DNA from: Raja brachyura | Taxonomy: Eukaryota | DNA length: 64,000 nucleotides | Assembly (NCBI GenBank): GCA_963514005.1 | Contig: OY740784.1 | Location: 22,506,001 to 22,570,000, forward strand | Direction of reading: 5' to 3' | In this document: positions 61,040 to 64,000 of the stretch, in pieces | Position numbering within the stretch: the first letter of the stretch is position 1 | Layout of the letters: every line of letters begins with the position of its first letter | Translations under genes and position numbers: made by a program | The notes under the pieces: model-generated | What the model saw: the letters and a program-made list of their open reading frames with translations, nothing else | What the model was told of the DNA's origin: nothing | The model's database searches: none

Positions 61040-62627
61040 AATCCTTAAATCTTGTTAAATCCTGGTCAATACCACCCCACCTATGTCCAAGACACCTCAC
61101 ACACTGTTCGTCTCCTCCATGACCTCGTGTTCCAGGCCCCCACTCCCTCATCTTCACCATGGATGTCCAGTCACTCTACACCTTCATCCCCCACCAGGAG
61201 GGTCTTAAAGCCCTCTGTTTCTTCCTCGACCACAGAACCAACCAATCCCCGTCTACAGATACTCTCCTCCGCCTAGTGGAGCTGGTCCTTAGCCTCAACA
61301 ACTTTTCCTTTGACTCCTCCCATTTCCCCCAAATCCAAGGCATAGCTATGGGCACGCGCATGGGCCCCAGCTATGCCTGCCTTTTTGTAGGGTACGTCGA
61401 ACAATCCTTGTTCGAGGCGTACCGTGGCCCTATCCCTGAACTCTACCTCCGCTATATTGACGACTGCATTAGTGCTACCTCCTGCACCCATGCAGAACTC
61501 AATTACTTCATCCATTCCACCACTAACTTCCATCCAGCACTCAAATTCACCTGGACCATTTCCGACATCTCCCTACCATTTCTTGACCTCACTATCTCCA
61601 TCGCAGGTAACAGACTACTGTCCGACATCTACTACAAACCCACTGACTCCCATGGCTATCTTGACTACACTTCTTCCCACCCTGCATCCTGTAAGGACTA
61701 TCCCCAACCAATTCCTCCGTCTACGCCGCATCTGCACAAGGATGAGGTGTTCCAAACCAGGGCATCGGAGATATCCTCATTCTTTATGGAACGGGGGTTC
61801 CCCTCTTCGACTATAGATGAGGCTCACACCAGGGTCTCTTCTATATCCCGTAGCTCCGCTCTCACTCCCCATCCCCCCACTCGTAATAAGGACAGAGTCC
61901 ACCTTGTGCTCACCTTCCACCCCACCAGCCGTCACATACAACAGATAATCCTCCGACATTTTCACCACGTCCCAACGGGATCCCACCACAGACCACATTT
62001 TCCCATCTCCTCTTTCGGCTTTCCGCAGAGACCGCTCACTCCGTAACTCCCTGGTCAATTAGTCCTTTCCCATCCAAACCACCCCCTCCCCTGGTACTTT
62101 CCCTTGCAACCGCACAAAATGCTACACTTGTCGCTTTACATCCCCCCTTGACTCCAAGGGCCCAAGCAGTCTTTCCAGTTGAGGCAGAGGTTCACCTGCA
62201 CCTCCTCCAACCTCATCTATTGCATCCGCTGTTCTAGGTGTCAACTGCTCTACTTCGGTGAGACCAAAAGCAGGCTTGGCGATCGTTTCACCCAACACCT
62301 CCGCTCAGTTAGCATTAACCAACCTGATCACCCGGTGGCTCAGCACCAACTCCCCCTCCCATTCTGAATCCGACCCTTCTGTCCTGGACATTCTCCATAG
62401 CCAGAGTGAGTCCCACTGCAAATTGGAGGAGCAGCACCTCATATTTTGCTTGGGCAGTACACCCCAGCGGTATGAACATTGACCTCCAATTTCAGGTAGT
62501 CCTGGCTTTCTCCCTCCTTTCCCTCCCCTTCCCAGCTCTCCACAGCCTACTGTCTCCGCCTCTTCGTTTCTTGTTCCTGCCCTCCCCCACCCCTACATCA
62601 GTCTGAAGAAGGGTCTCGACCTGAAAC
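61040..62627 (+). mobile_element. Penelope-like retroelement (RT + GIY-YIG), frameshifted, ending in a hammerhead-bearing terminal repeat
   Basis: MDVQSLYT, GIAMGTRMGPSYA, YLRYIDD, LPFLD, YYKPTD; NLIYCIRCSRCQLLYFGETK; CTGAAGAAGGGTCTCGACCTGAAAC at 62603-62627. Confidence 0.95.
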
Positions 62628-62629
62628 TT

Positions 62630-63830
62630 TCACAGCCCTCTGTGTGAAAACGTTTTTCCTCATCTCCGTTCTAAATGGCCTACCCTGTATTCATAAACTG
62701 TGGCCCCTGGTTCTGGACTCCCCAACATCGGGGACATGTTTCCTGCATCTACCGTGTCCAAATCCTTCATAATCTTAAATGTTTCAATAAGATCCCCACT
62801 CATCCTTCTCAAGATGGTTGGACAATGGCCAGAAATGAAAAGAGAAAAGGTGACAGGCAAAAGGATTGAAGAGTTGCAAATTGTGAAGCTAGCAGAAGGA
62901 ATGTAGGTGGATGGGAAGGGAGAAATAGATGCGAGTCCAGACGACCACTGGGACAAGGGGAGGGGCAAAAAAAGGGGGGGAAATGAAAGCGTTTGATAGT
63001 TACCTGAAATTGAAGAATTCAATGTTCATACCCTTGGGTGGTAAGTTACCCAAGCGGACCATGAGGTGCTGTTCCTCAAACCTATGAGGTTTGCGTGTGG
63101 AATCACTCAATGTGATCATGGCTGATCATCCCCAATCAGTTCCCCGTTCCTGCCCTCTCTCCATATCCCCTGACTCTGCCATCTTTAAGAGCCCTATCTA
63201 GCTCTCTCCAGAATGCATCCAGAGAACCTGCCTCCACCGCCCTCTGAGGCAGAGAATTACAGACTCGCAACTCTCTGTGAGAAAAAGTGTTTCCTCATCT
63301 CTGTTCTAAATGGCTTACCCCTTATTCTTAAACTGTGGCCCCTGGTTCTGGACTCCCCCAACTGCGAACATGTTGGGGGAGTCCATTGTATCACTCAGTA
63401 CAACACCTGGAGTGGCACAGGAAGAAATAATAAATTGTTGAGCTATTGATCTTATTCTAGGTGTCAAATTAACAAACTCTTAGAGGGGGGGGGGGAAGGA
63501 AAGAGAGAGTGATATGAGGTTTGTCATTTGAAATTGGAGAAGTCAATCTTCATATTGTTGGGTTGTCAGCAATATGAGATACTGTTCTTCAAGGTTACAT
63601 ATAGCCTCACTCTGGCAATGGAGGAGGCTAATTTCAGAAAGGTCGACATGGGAAGGGGAATTGAAATGTTTAGCAGACGGAAGTTCCAGCAGGCCCTAGT
63701 GGAAAGAGTGCAAGTGTTCGGTGAAACAGTCGCCTTGTCCATGCTTGGTCTCGTAGATGTAAAGGGGGCCACATTTGGAGCATTGAATATAAAATGGTTG
63801 GATAAGGTGCACTTAATATGGCGGAACCCA
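62630..63830 (-). mobile_element. Mosaic of CR1 3' fragments and Penelope GIY-YIG/terminal fragments
   Basis: RRMSGDLIETFKIMK; 62991-63105 nearly identical to 22133-22250. Confidence 0.7.
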
Positions 63831-64000
63831 GATTGAACCTAGTGTGCAAAGATTTTACAGCTGAATCTGAAATCCTGCATGTATCCTGCAAAAATAACAA
63901 TAATTTCTGCATTATTGCAACCAAAAATCTGCCAGGAAACTGATAACATTGCAATAGTGTTGAAAAATGTAAATTAATGTGTAAACTAACATACGGTAGT

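Overview
Repeat-dominated vertebrate genomic DNA, most likely a cartilaginous fish (skate/ray/shark); this is inferred from HER1-like CR1 LINEs and HE1-like V-SINEs. One host gene is well supported: TMEM70 on the minus strand, three coding exons (60360-60163, 56594-56492, 56177-55738; about 246 aa). The rest is mostly mobile DNA. There are three decayed DIRS1-like tyrosine-recombinase retrotransposons (RT-RNase H-methyltransferase plus YR) whose ICR and ATT-bounded ends can be read directly, and two non-autonomous Helitrons, one carrying a 41-bp minisatellite that a DIRS later entered. Penelope-like elements occur with many copies of a terminal module carrying a minimal hammerhead-ribozyme core. 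Rex1, CR1 and Tx1-like LINE fragments, V-SINEs, Harbinger-like MITEs, a U2 snRNA 5' retrocopy, an orphan FEN1/XPG-like nuclease fragment next to a 200-N gap, and several unexplained minus-strand exon candidates are also present. Family names come from recalled motifs, not database searches, and boundaries of old repeats are approximate.
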